NCBI GenBank assembly: GCA_963702205.1
Contig: OY969724.1
Coordinates: 3,360,001-3,424,000, forward strand
DNA from: an uncultured candidate division Zixibacteria bacterium
GTDB taxonomy: Bacteria; Zixibacteria; MSB-5A5; GN15; PGXB01
Direction of reading: 5' to 3'
Length of the DNA: 64,000 bases
This document shows positions 1-8,737 of the stretch, piece by piece; positions within the stretch are counted from its first letter, which is position 1, and each line of letters opens with the position of its first letter. Below the pieces are notes generated by a model. The model searched no databases, was not told the DNA's origin, and worked only from the letters and a program-made list of their open reading frames with translations. The position numbers were made by a program, and so were the translations under genes.

Positions 1-384
1 GCGGTCATGGCGCAGATCGAAAACAACCAGTGGATGCGTATGATCTGGGAGTACGCCAGCCAGTGGGAGGACGTCGCCTATGGACGGATACTCAGTATGC
101 TGGAAAATCTGGTTTCGATGGAGCGCCTGCAGATGCCCGAGGTCGACGTGCTTCATTTCTCGGCCTGGTTCGATTCATTAAGTAAGTACTTCCCGGAATA
201 TCTCGAACTCTGGAATCAGTGGAACGCCCTGATTTTGAACAACGTGCAGGATGTCATCAAAACGCACAATGGCAAGCGGCTGATCCTGACTATTGGTCAG
301 GCTCATAAGTACTGGCTGACCGAAAAGCTCTCCGGCCAACCCGGTATATCAGTGTACGATTTGATTTCGTACAAAAGCAAATAA
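1..384 (+). CDS. Hypothetical protein, 5'-truncated by the window edge (C-terminus reminiscent of DUF5694/TraB-like proteins)
   Basis: The frame is open from base 1 to TAA at 382-384. It ends in 'RLILTIGQAHKYWL', a hydrophobic strand plus G-x-x-H motif. Confidence 0.55.
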   Translation, partial: AVMAQIENNQWMRMIWEYASQWEDVAYGRILSMLENLVSMERLQMPEVDVLHFSAWFDSLSKYFPEYLELWNQWNALILNNVQDVIKTHNGKRLILTIGQAHKYWLTEKLSGQPGISVYDLISYKSK

Positions 385-390
385 TCTAAT

Positions 391-694
391 GTAGGTCAGG
401 GGCCGTGCGCTCCGGACAATTCCTTATGATTCGCCACAACAGGCGATAGAAAAGCCGACATTTATTTCTGTAACCGGCAGTCTTCGTAGGTCATGCCCAG
501 TTGCCTAAGGTCCACACGAAGTGAAGGAGGGCATACCATCTTTAAGTCATACTGTACAATGTCATTCCCGCGAAGGCGGGAATCCAGTCTTTTTATGAAA
601 ATTCTTGTGACCGGCAGACGCCCTCGACAGCCGGTTTGTTTGATTGTAATTTAATCAAGAAGACCTGTAGGTCGAAACCCCCGTGGTTTCGACA
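391..694. repeat. Cluster of REP-like palindromes, including GTAG-tagged hairpins
   Basis: GTAG-GTCAGGGGC..GCTCCGGAC (391-417); GTAG-GTCATGCCC...GGGCATACC (486-537); GTCATTCCCGCGAAGGCGGGAATCCAG (561-587); GTAG-GTCGAAACC..GGTTTCGAC (667-693). Confidence 0.7.
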
Positions 695-939
695 TCTTCC
701 CTACCACCGAAACCCCGCCCATAAACTCAAAATCCCTGCCAACCCAATGGTGATTCGTGTCGCTCCCCTATATATAGAAAGGAGCTTCAATAACGCCACG
801 AACAAAACAACAACTTGTTTCAAAGCAACGCAAAGCGCAAAAATCAACCGGCTTGGAATCAATTATGAAATTCAAAAAAATCCAGGAACGAACCCATTTC
901 CTCATAACGAATATTGAATTAAACACTTGCGAGATATTT

Positions 940-1021
940 TGTGGGCGGCAGATGTCCACATCTGCCCCTTTTCCGTGTATGCACCAAACGCTCGGGCACT
1001 TGTGGACAAGTGCCGCGCACA
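940..1021. repeat. Inverted doublet of REP-like hairpins
   Basis: TGTGGGCGGCAGATGTCCACATCTGCCC (940-967) and the reverse complement of 994-1021, TGTGCGCGGCACTTGTCCACAAGTGCCC, are the same element with compensatory stem changes. Confidence 0.75.
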
Positions 1022-1116
1022 TAACGAGCTTTGGGTACCCCATCACCCGAAGGCTCTGAATCCTATGAAGGATTAGTGGTGGGATCTTTATGACCCTAAT
1101 AACCGGAGACTTCCGA

Positions 1117-2577
1117 TTACTTCTTGCCCGGATCGGGCAGTTCTTCTTCGATACCCGCCAGACGCCGTGCCATCTCGACTTTCTTTTCAAGCTGACCCAT
1201 CGCGTTGATCACCAGCTTGGCGCCGTCGGGAGAGCCGCCGCCGTGCATGCACCCCGGCACGCCGGCCCCGATAGTCGCCCACTCCACCAGACGAGCCGCG
1301 CGGGCTCGCGTCTCGGCATTGGAGCGCGCCTTCATGTACTTCTCGATAAGGTGCCCGTACTTGGTCGATTTGAAATCTTTGTACGACGGCATGCACCCGG
1401 TTTCGGCGATACCCCCGGCGATGTCCTGCGCCAATCTGGAAGTCTCGTAGGGCAGCGTCGCCACGTGGACCTTGTTGACATTGGACAGGAGCATGTCGCT
1501 GACCCAGGCCCCCGACGGGTGCTTGCGGCCCATCGCCGCCGCCGCAATGCCCATGCCGAATGTCGTCTCGTTGTTGATATTCATCTGGACGATTTTGTCG
1601 CGAAACACTTTAGAATTGAGACCGTTGGCGCGCGCGGTGAGAATCGCCGCTCCGATTTTGACGTCGCCCTGTCCCGCGACGCATCCGCCGATCGCAGAGC
1701 GGTATGTACCTATGAAGTACTGCACCGCTTTGAGAGCGTACTTCGTCTCCCCGGCCATGAAGACTCGTTCGTTCGGGATGAAGACGTCTTCGAACAGCAG
1801 GTACGCCTGCGTGATGCCGCCGTCCTTGACCGGTATGTCGAACCCTTCTTCACCGTCTCGGGTATCGCTGGGGTGCCGTGTCTCGACAATGGTCAATCCC
1901 TCGATGTCACGCGGGACGACAAACGAGACGGCATAACTTTCGTCCCCTTCACCGTAACTGGTGCCGGGCAGTATGAATATTTCATTGGAGGCCGCCACGC
2001 CGCAGATCATGACTTTTGCACCGCGCACGACGATACCGTCATCGCGTCTTTCCACCATGCGCAGGAACATATCGGGGTCGTCCTGTTCCGACGGTTTTTT
2101 GGTGCGGTCGCCTTTGGGATCGGTCAGAGCGCCGGAGATCGTGATGTCGCGCGCCTGGGCGTCTCCAAGCCAGGCCAGAAGCCGCTTATGATAATCGGTT
2201 CCAAACTCTTTGTCGATATCCCACGTGGCGCAGAACATGGCGTTCATGGCCGTCCAGCCGACACACCGTCCCCCGGTGCACGTCCCGGTCTTCTGAAACA
2301 TGGTTCTTTTAAGACGGCTGTTGGCGTACATATCCTGCGGTTCCTGTATGACCGACAGGTACCGACTGACCGGCTCACCGGTCAGATGTGAGACGGTCGT
2401 GAAGACGTCCTTCTGTTCGTCGTCGAGCGCAGCCTTGTAAATCTGCCCGTGTCCTTCGATCGTGCCTTTTGTCGCCGGGTGAGTGGTGACGTCTTCGATA
2501 AGTTCATCGAATTTGTAAATATTGGGACGCATCTTTTTGAGCGATGCGATATATTCTTCATACGTCCTGATGGCCAT
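1117..2577 (-). CDS. 4-hydroxybutyryl-CoA dehydratase (AbfD) / 4-hydroxyphenylacetate 3-hydroxylase family flavoprotein, divergent active site
   Basis: 486 aa with 'GALTDPKGDR', 'DGIVVRGAK', 'LLFEDVFIPNERVF', 'MHGGGSP' and Cys motifs 'TCTGGRCVG' and 'GGC'. AAAGGAG RBS. Confidence 0.85.
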   Translation of the reverse strand: MAIRTYEEYIASLKKMRPNIYKFDELIEDVTTHPATKGTIEGHGQIYKAALDDEQKDVFTTVSHLTGEPVSRYLSVIQEPQDMYANSRLKRTMFQKTGTCTGGRCVGWTAMNAMFCATWDIDKEFGTDYHKRLLAWLGDAQARDITISGALTDPKGDRTKKPSEQDDPDMFLRMVERRDDGIVVRGAKVMICGVAASNEIFILPGTSYGEGDESYAVSFVVPRDIEGLTIVETRHPSDTRDGEEGFDIPVKDGGITQAYLLFEDVFIPNERVFMAGETKYALKAVQYFIGTYRSAIGGCVAGQGDVKIGAAILTARANGLNSKVFRDKIVQMNINNETTFGMGIAAAAMGRKHPSGAWVSDMLLSNVNKVHVATLPYETSRLAQDIAGGIAETGCMPSYKDFKSTKYGHLIEKYMKARSNAETRARAARLVEWATIGAGVPGCMHGGGSPDGAKLVINAMGQLEKKVEMARRLAGIEEELPDPGKK

Positions 2578-2705
2578 GACCGGCTCCTTTTTATTGGATA
2601 TGCATTATTTTCATTCCTGACATTGAATATAATCAGCATCGATGGGTTTTGCAACAATATGCGAACCGCCCCGGGATTTTGTACAATAAAAAAAACCGAC
2701 CTGAA

Positions 2706-2874
2706 GGGCTTGCTGAAAAAGTGGTGATATATGTTCCGTCAGGTGCTGATCCCGACAAAGTCGGGATTGACACTGACGGCCCCTTTGGTTTCAATTACTT
2801 ACAATGCAGTCAGATCACACGTCCCCATAAATCTGGACGCAGGACCTGACCGGACGAGCTTTTTCAACAAGCCC
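2706..2874. mobile_element. Putative MITE (169 bp) with 16-bp terminal inverted repeats and two internal REP-like hairpins
   Basis: Left end GGGCTTGCTGAAAAAG (2706-2721) and right end CTTTTTCAACAAGCCC (2859-2874) are 15/16 inverted-complementary. No coding capacity. No clear target duplication. Confidence 0.65.
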
Positions 2875-2889
2875 CGAATTCGGGGCTTG
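2868..2889. terminator. Perfect palindrome, probable terminator of the 2904-3941 gene, overlapping the MITE right end
   Basis: CAAGCCCCG-AATT-CGGGGCTTG, located 15 nt after the stop codon. Confidence 0.5.
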
Positions 2890-2903
2890 AAATCAATACT
2901 TTA

Positions 2904-3941
2904 TTACTGCGGATTAATGATTATATAAAACGGTTTTGATCCGGAATGTTTGTTCGGGCTGTTGGCCGGGTAGTTATGATTGACAGCAATTGTCACCTGT
3001 ACCGTGTCGACCGATGATAAATCGACGTCGTCATCGTGGCCGGTATCCAGTGCGCGGGACATGACGATGTCCCACTTATGATTGATATTGTCATATAACG
3101 AATAACTGTGGACGTCCCAGCGACTGAGGTCGGCGGTCGAAGTATCGTGGAACATGGAATCGATCACGAAACCCGGCACCTCATCGCCAGCGGTGAAATT
3201 CGCTTGCACATAATGAACGGTGTCGTGTGTAAATAAAAAGTCACCTGTATAAGCACCAAGATTATAATGCGTGAAGTAAGGAGCATGTGCAATATTATTG
3301 TAGTTGTCTTTGTACACCGCATCACTTCCGGCTGGATAGTCGAGATCGGTTCCGGCGTCATCCCACCAGCCGTCATCGTCCAGATAGGCCGGAGCGGTTC
3401 TGGCGGCGCGCCATATCCAGACGTCGGCGTTACCGCCGCCGCTGGTATAATGTTCTCTGGTATCCCCCACGGCATGACACATAGTAGCGCAGTCGGCCCT
3501 TTCGGTGCCGTTATTACCGGCGTCGAATATGATGAAAAAGACGTCTTCACCTTCATTCGTCAGTATGGACCAGGGTTGATCGGTTATCGACAAATGCAAA
3601 CGGTCAAGACGCCGACTGGCGTTGCCGTCGGTCCAACTGGCGTAAATATAAAGCGTATCGTCCTTAACAATGGCCTTAAGCGTGGCGCTTGTGTTGAAAC
3701 CAATATTGGGGTCGTAAAAGCCCGATCCGCTCGGATATTCTCCGATCGGGACAGTGTACGACGTCACGGCATTCCAGATATTCGAGATTGTGCTCATCAT
3801 ATCGGCGGGAATGGTGACCGAAGTATTGGCCACGATATAAACATCACCCGGGGGTTGATTACTGGATGGATTGCTTTTGCTGCCACACCCCCAGACAAAG
3901 AGGCCAGCCAATATTACAGCGAAAATCACGGATAACTTCAT
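2904..3941 (-). CDS. Lipoprotein with ethylbenzene-dehydrogenase-gamma-like (DOMON/EB_dh) heme-binding domain
   Basis: Lipobox 'FVWGC'; motifs 'LYIYASWTD', 'ADVWIWRAART' and 'WDIVMSRALDTG..DD'; atypical CX3CH motif 'CATMCH'. GGAGG RBS. Confidence 0.7.
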   Translation of the reverse strand: MKLSVIFAVILAGLFVWGCGSKSNPSSNQPPGDVYIVANTSVTIPADMMSTISNIWNAVTSYTVPIGEYPSGSGFYDPNIGFNTSATLKAIVKDDTLYIYASWTDGNASRRLDRLHLSITDQPWSILTNEGEDVFFIIFDAGNNGTERADCATMCHAVGDTREHYTSGGGNADVWIWRAARTAPAYLDDDGWWDDAGTDLDYPAGSDAVYKDNYNNIAHAPYFTHYNLGAYTGDFLFTHDTVHYVQANFTAGDEVPGFVIDSMFHDTSTADLSRWDVHSYSLYDNINHKWDIVMSRALDTGHDDDVDLSSVDTVQVTIAVNHNYPANSPNKHSGSKPFYIIINPQ

Positions 3942-4015
3942 TATTCCTCCGGAGTTTTGATATTATCAATAAACTTAAGCAGGAATACGATATATGTCAA
4001 TGCGGAAAAAGCGAC

Positions 4016-5761
4016 TTACTTTGTTTCCAGCTTCTTGATGACGACCATAGTAACGTCGTCGAAGACGTGATCGGGCCGGGCGAATTCTTTAATAGTATTA
4101 AATATCGCCTCGTGAATTTCCCGGGCCGGCAATCCCGCGCTGGCCTGGAGCAGTTCATTCAGGCGTTTTTCGCCGAATTGCGTGCCATCGGGTCCTTCGA
4201 CCTCCGTAACACCGTCGGTGTACATAAGGATGACGTCACCGGGTCGGATCGAGATGGGCCGCTCTTCATATTCGGTGTCGTTCACCACCCCCAGAGCCAT
4301 ACCGCCTTCATCCAGCGTTTCGATAGTACCGTCACGGCGCATCAGGATCGGCCGGTTGTGACCGCAATTTGAAAAGGTAAATATGTCGTTTTTGGAATCG
4401 AGAACTCCGTAGAAGGCCGTAACGAAATTTTCACGTTCGAGCAATTCAAACATCAGGCTGTTGACCTTACGGCAGATGGTACGGATGGCATAGTTGTTCC
4501 GTATCTCGGCGATAAGCGAGGCCCGGAAAGACGCCATAATCAGGGCCGCCGGTATACCTTTGCCGGAAATATCGGCGATGGCTATCCCGGTCTGACGAGT
4601 CACGATATCGATGAAATCATAGTAATCGCCGCCGACTTCACCCGAGGGAATATTGATCCCGGAGACGTCGTACCCCGCGATTTTCGGATCACTCTTGGGA
4701 ATAAAACTCAGTTGGATATGCCGTGCGATGGACAACTGCTCTTCGAAACGACGGTTCTCGAGCATTTTGTCGTGCAATTTGGCACGCTCGATAGTCAGCG
4801 CCGCCTGACTCGCAAAGGCCCGCAGAAGTTCCAGGCTGCTTTTATCATAAGCATTAACTCGCGGCGATTCGAGGTTTATCACGCCTATAACGCGGTCATC
4901 GATTTCTATGGGGGCCACCAGTTCCGACCTCGTATCGGGATCACCCGCGAAATAGCGATCATCCTTGGTGACGTCCGCCACTATGACCGGGTCTCGATTC
5001 TCCGCGACCCATCCGACCAGACCCTGGCCAACCCGCAGTTGAATGTACTGATCGGCATTGGGATGATAGCCCTGGGCGAAAACGGACGACACTTCGCGCT
5101 TTTCTTCGTTAATCAGGAATATACTTATGGCGGAATAGTCGACGACTTTTTTTAACGTGTCGCAGATCATTTTGAGGGCTTCATCCAGATTCAAAGTACT
5201 GGACAGCTTCTTCCCGACTTCATACAACAGCTCGCGCTCCATCGCTTCACGGCGGGCGTCGCGATAGAGATTGGCGTTGTCTATCCCGATGGCGAACTGG
5301 TTGGCGAGGCCCATAAGGGTATCCATATCGTCTTCATCGAAAGCTCCGTCGCCTCTATTTAAGGCCTCAACGACTCCAATCAAATGTCCTCGTCCGATCA
5401 GGGGAGCGAGTATAGCCGAAGTCGGTTCGATATCGATAAATTCTTTCATCCGGGGCTGATAGCGGCTATCGTTTACAAGATCGTAAATGATTTGCGGCTC
5501 ATGGTGTTCGGCGACCCAGCCGAGAAGACCCTCACCCCGCGACATCTTAAAATACCGGAATTCCCCGGTTTTTGCGTTTAAATATCTTGTTCCGAGATCG
5601 GGGGCTTTTCGGTCGATTCTATAAACCAGCGCGGCCTCGGACCCGGTGGCCTGTATGGTCAGTTCGAGGACCAGGCGCATCAATTCCTCATAATCCAGTG
5701 TGGAATTGAGCATTCGCGCCGAATGCAGCAGCATTTTTTCCATTTTGCTTTGTTGGGCCAT
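4016..5761 (-). CDS. GAF-GAF-PP2C (SpoIIE/RsbU-type) serine phosphatase
   Basis: Two GAF domains ('GEGLLGWVA', 'GQGLVGWVA') followed by 'VGGDYYD', 'IADISGKG', 'YTDGVTE', 'DDVT'. Start set at ATG 5761; the ORF track gives 5821. Confidence 0.92.
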   Translation of the reverse strand: MAQQSKMEKMLLHSARMLNSTLDYEELMRLVLELTIQATGSEAALVYRIDRKAPDLGTRYLNAKTGEFRYFKMSRGEGLLGWVAEHHEPQIIYDLVNDSRYQPRMKEFIDIEPTSAILAPLIGRGHLIGVVEALNRGDGAFDEDDMDTLMGLANQFAIGIDNANLYRDARREAMERELLYEVGKKLSSTLNLDEALKMICDTLKKVVDYSAISIFLINEEKREVSSVFAQGYHPNADQYIQLRVGQGLVGWVAENRDPVIVADVTKDDRYFAGDPDTRSELVAPIEIDDRVIGVINLESPRVNAYDKSSLELLRAFASQAALTIERAKLHDKMLENRRFEEQLSIARHIQLSFIPKSDPKIAGYDVSGINIPSGEVGGDYYDFIDIVTRQTGIAIADISGKGIPAALIMASFRASLIAEIRNNYAIRTICRKVNSLMFELLERENFVTAFYGVLDSKNDIFTFSNCGHNRPILMRRDGTIETLDEGGMALGVVNDTEYEERPISIRPGDVILMYTDGVTEVEGPDGTQFGEKRLNELLQASAGLPAREIHEAIFNTIKEFARPDHVFDDVTMVVIKKLETK

Positions 5762-5863
5762 ATATTTCTCTACGTAATTATGCCAAGTTACATGTGACCG
5801 CAAAAAAGTCAAGAGGCTCATATTGATATATGAGCCTCTGCCGTCAAGAATCAGGCGATATTG

Positions 5864-7402
5864 TTAAAGCCAGAGGTTTCGATCGAGCGACCGATAATGA
5901 ATGGCCTCGGCAACATGACAAGAGTCGATAATCTCGACTCCTTCGAGATCGGCGATGGTTCGTGCAACTTTTAAAATTCTGTCGTAAGCGCGGGCGGACA
6001 GCCCCTGTGCTTGTATGGCCAGACTCAGGAGCGATTTCGACTTTTCGTCGATGGCGCAATAGGCCCTGATGTCGCGGGACATCATATGGGCGTTGCAGAA
6101 TATTTTTTTCTCGTTCTTGAATCTTTCCAGTTGCCGCTGACGGGCCAGATTGACTCTCTGCCTTATAATCTCGGATTTTTCTCCGCTGGCGCTTGATGAC
6201 AATTCCTCGAACTTCACCGATGGAACATTTATATGAATGTCGATGCGATCCAGCAGCGGGCCGGATATGCGCGACATATATCGCTGTATTGCCCCCATAG
6301 TGCACGTGCACTCGTGGTTGTTATCGCCGAAATATCCGCAGGGACACGGATTCATGGCCGCCGCGAGCATGAATCGCGCCGGGTACGTCAGGGTGGTCGT
6401 AGCCCGCGACAGCGTCACCTGACCGTCTTCCATCGGCTGGCGCATAACTTCAAGGGCGTCCTTATGAAATTCGGCGATTTCATCGAGGAACAGAACTCCG
6501 TGATGAGCCAGTGATACTTCTCCCGGCTTGGGTATTCTCCCGCCCCCGATAAGCCCGGCATCGGAAACGGTGTGATGCGGTGAGCGAAAAGGCCGGGTGG
6601 CGATCAGGGCCATATTTTCGGGAAGCAGACCGGCCACTGAATGGATTTTTGTGGTCTCCAGCGCTTCGGGGATAGTCATCTCCGGCAAAACCGTGGGCAG
6701 GCGCCGGGCCAGCATTGTTTTACCGGAGCCGGGCGGGCCGATCATAATAATATTGTGCCCACCGGCGGCGGCTATTTCAAGAGCGCGTTTGGCCGATTCC
6801 TGACCTTTGACATCGCAGAAATCAATGTCATATTTCCTCGAGGAATCGAAGACGGATTTTATGTCGAGTTTATAAGGAACAACGGCGGCCGGGTCTTCCA
6901 GAAACTGCACCGTTTCTTTCAGCGAGGCCACCGGAAAAACCGGAATGGATTCGGCCATGGCCGCTTCCGGGGCATTTTCTTTGGGGACGATCAATCCCTT
7001 TATGCCGCGAGTGCCATCAATCGACATTGACATCGGGAGCACACCGGGTACCGGCCGCAGCGCCCCATCAAGCGACAGTTCGCCCAAAAGCACATAATCA
7101 TCGAAACGATCGCGAAGAATCTGCCCGGTGGCGGCCAAAATACCCACCGCTATCGGCAAATCGAAGGCTGTCCCCTCTTTTCGGATATCCGCCGGAGCGA
7201 GATTAATCGTGACCTTTTTGGATGGAAAAATAAAATCGGAATTTTTTATTGCGGCCGTTACCCGTTCTTTGGATTCTCTAACCGCACCTTCCGGCAAACC
7301 GACCGTAATAAATGCCGGAAGTTGTTGCTGGATATCGGCTTCGACTTCAACCGAATATGCGTTTACACCCAACGTTGCCGAAGAAATAACCTTGGCAAGC
7401 AT
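5864..7402 (-). CDS. comM: YifB/ComM family Mg-chelatase-like AAA+ ATPase (DNA branch-migration helicase)
   Basis: 'VGLPEGAVRESKERV', 'NLAPADIRKEG', Walker A 'GPPGSGKT', 'RPFRSPHHT', 'LFLDE', 'NPCPCG', 'SARAYDRILKVARTIADL'. Start set at ATG 7402. Confidence 0.93.
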   Translation of the reverse strand: MLAKVISSATLGVNAYSVEVEADIQQQLPAFITVGLPEGAVRESKERVTAAIKNSDFIFPSKKVTINLAPADIRKEGTAFDLPIAVGILAATGQILRDRFDDYVLLGELSLDGALRPVPGVLPMSMSIDGTRGIKGLIVPKENAPEAAMAESIPVFPVASLKETVQFLEDPAAVVPYKLDIKSVFDSSRKYDIDFCDVKGQESAKRALEIAAAGGHNIIMIGPPGSGKTMLARRLPTVLPEMTIPEALETTKIHSVAGLLPENMALIATRPFRSPHHTVSDAGLIGGGRIPKPGEVSLAHHGVLFLDEIAEFHKDALEVMRQPMEDGQVTLSRATTTLTYPARFMLAAAMNPCPCGYFGDNNHECTCTMGAIQRYMSRISGPLLDRIDIHINVPSVKFEELSSSASGEKSEIIRQRVNLARQRQLERFKNEKKIFCNAHMMSRDIRAYCAIDEKSKSLLSLAIQAQGLSARAYDRILKVARTIADLEGVEIIDSCHVAEAIHYRSLDRNLWL

Positions 7403-7505
7403 ATATATCCCCCACCATTTGATGTCAGGCCGTATCAGGCCGCCTTGCGGCGACCGGCATCCGGCGGATATGGTATCACAGCGCTCTCCGGCCGTCCCAC
7501 TTGAC

Positions 7506-7539
7506 AATATAACATGGGGGACTGACAGATACTGTCAGT
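7506..7539 (-). promoter_or_regulatory. Palindromic operator plus -10 element upstream of comM (WYL/PafBC-type geometry)
   Basis: Perfect inverted repeat ACTGACAG-ATA-CTGTCAGT (7521-7539). The minus strand reads TGTCAG-N10-TATATT. Confidence 0.55.
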
Positions 7540-7564
7540 GAAATATTATAAAAATGAAAAAAAT

Positions 7565-8044
7565 CTAATTAATATTGAGTTCTATTTTACGATAAATATC
7601 CGTATTTGGCGCCGGTGGATACAAATTCATGTCGAATTTCACAAAGACGAATTTATTATTGTCCACATAGTAATAATACGTTTGTTCCGGGTTTTCCTCG
7701 GCGACACAAATATCGCCGGATTGGTTTAACAGGTGAATTCGCAATGAATCGACTGCGAACTGCCAGGTACAAACATAATCACAAAAATTCGGCTGACCGG
7801 TCATGGTTGAATCGTTATCCATCAACAAAGTATCGACGCTGCCAGTTTCGAGGAACTGAAACGTCATCGTGTCGATATAAGTTCTTGGCGTCCCCGTAAA
7901 ATCCCGGATCACGGTATATGTGCCTTTGTATACGCCCGGACCGAACACCGGCTCATCTTTCTTATTATTGCTACAGGCAAAGACCAAAATCAATATGACC
8001 GCGATCGCTGTGGCAATGATCGATTTTTTTAATATGGAAACCAT
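7565..8044 (-). CDS. Hypothetical lipoprotein (beta-rich, Cys-containing)
   Basis: Lipobox 'VFAC'. Start set at ATG 8044, behind a GAGGGG RBS. Confidence 0.7.
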   Translation of the reverse strand: MVSILKKSIIATAIAVILILVFACSNNKKDEPVFGPGVYKGTYTVIRDFTGTPRTYIDTMTFQFLETGSVDTLLMDNDSTMTGQPNFCDYVCTWQFAVDSLRIHLLNQSGDICVAEENPEQTYYYYVDNNKFVFVKFDMNLYPPAPNTDIYRKIELNIN

Positions 8045-8103
8045 CGTATCACCCCTCATTAAAGAATAAAGGCTTTTCTGGTCGCCCGCCAAGCTGGCCG
8101 GTG

Positions 8104-8565
8104 CTACTGAGTTATTTTTACCATTTTTATGATGAAGTTAAGTGACTGTTCGGGTATATAGTGTGCAATCTCTATGGTATCCTCGACCGTTTTAAAGGTA
8201 AAAGTCCCATTGACCAGAGTAGCTATGTCGCAGACGCTCCCAACGCCGGCAACTACTTTGGAAAAGGATATATCATTAACCGTTGCCCGGCTGTATTCCC
8301 CGGATGATACGTCGCAAACGCTGTTGTCGGGATCGGTAAAGGGATCCTCATTATCTACCGAATAGTTGAAGGCTTTATCGCTAAGAAAATTCCAGTTTAA
8401 TTTTACTTTGATAGTTTTCGCTGTACTGCTGCCATAATCTTCCGTATAATAGAAATACGCATCATAAACCCCGACCAGTTCGGTGGGAGGAGAGAGAATG
8501 ATGTCCTTGGCACAACTGGCCAGCAAAACCAAAGCGAAAAGGGTAAGCCAAAAATACTTGACCAT
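8104..8565 (-). CDS. Hypothetical lipoprotein (beta-rich, Cys-containing)
   Basis: Lipobox 'LASC'; AAGGAG RBS. Confidence 0.75.
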   Translation of the reverse strand: MVKYFWLTLFALVLLASCAKDIILSPPTELVGVYDAYFYYTEDYGSSTAKTIKVKLNWNFLSDKAFNYSVDNEDPFTDPDNSVCDVSSGEYSRATVNDISFSKVVAGVGSVCDIATLVNGTFTFKTVEDTIEIAHYIPEQSLNFIIKMVKITQ

Positions 8566-8737
8566 AGATACAACTCCTTATAATACTCTACCTATTTCCC
8601 AAATGGCGAAGATACATAATTACGCCCCGTTTGACAACCTTTATCTTAATGGGTTCTTAATTTTATACCATTTCGGGGCAAGGTTTGTTTAAAAGAATCT
8701 GAGTCGATAATTCGCCGGAATTGGTCCCCAAGTTTTT

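Noticed and set aside
385..1090. Possible CRISPR array
   Set aside because: The hairpins differ in sequence and spacing. There is no constant repeat-spacer period and no cas gene.
636..1190. Short ORFs at 636-917, 768-1190 and 853-1059
   Set aside because: They run through REP-like hairpins, lack a convincing RBS and have no protein-like features.
1090..2391. 433-aa plus-strand ORF, and similar long antisense ORFs at 9537-10520, 11214-12221, 29145-29984 and 56807-57937
   Set aside because: Each lies fully antisense to a well-supported gene and has no recognisable motifs. They are typical shadow ORFs of GC-biased codon usage.
5864..7402. comM as an integration site for a mobile element
   Set aside because: The gene is intact and no recombinase is nearby.
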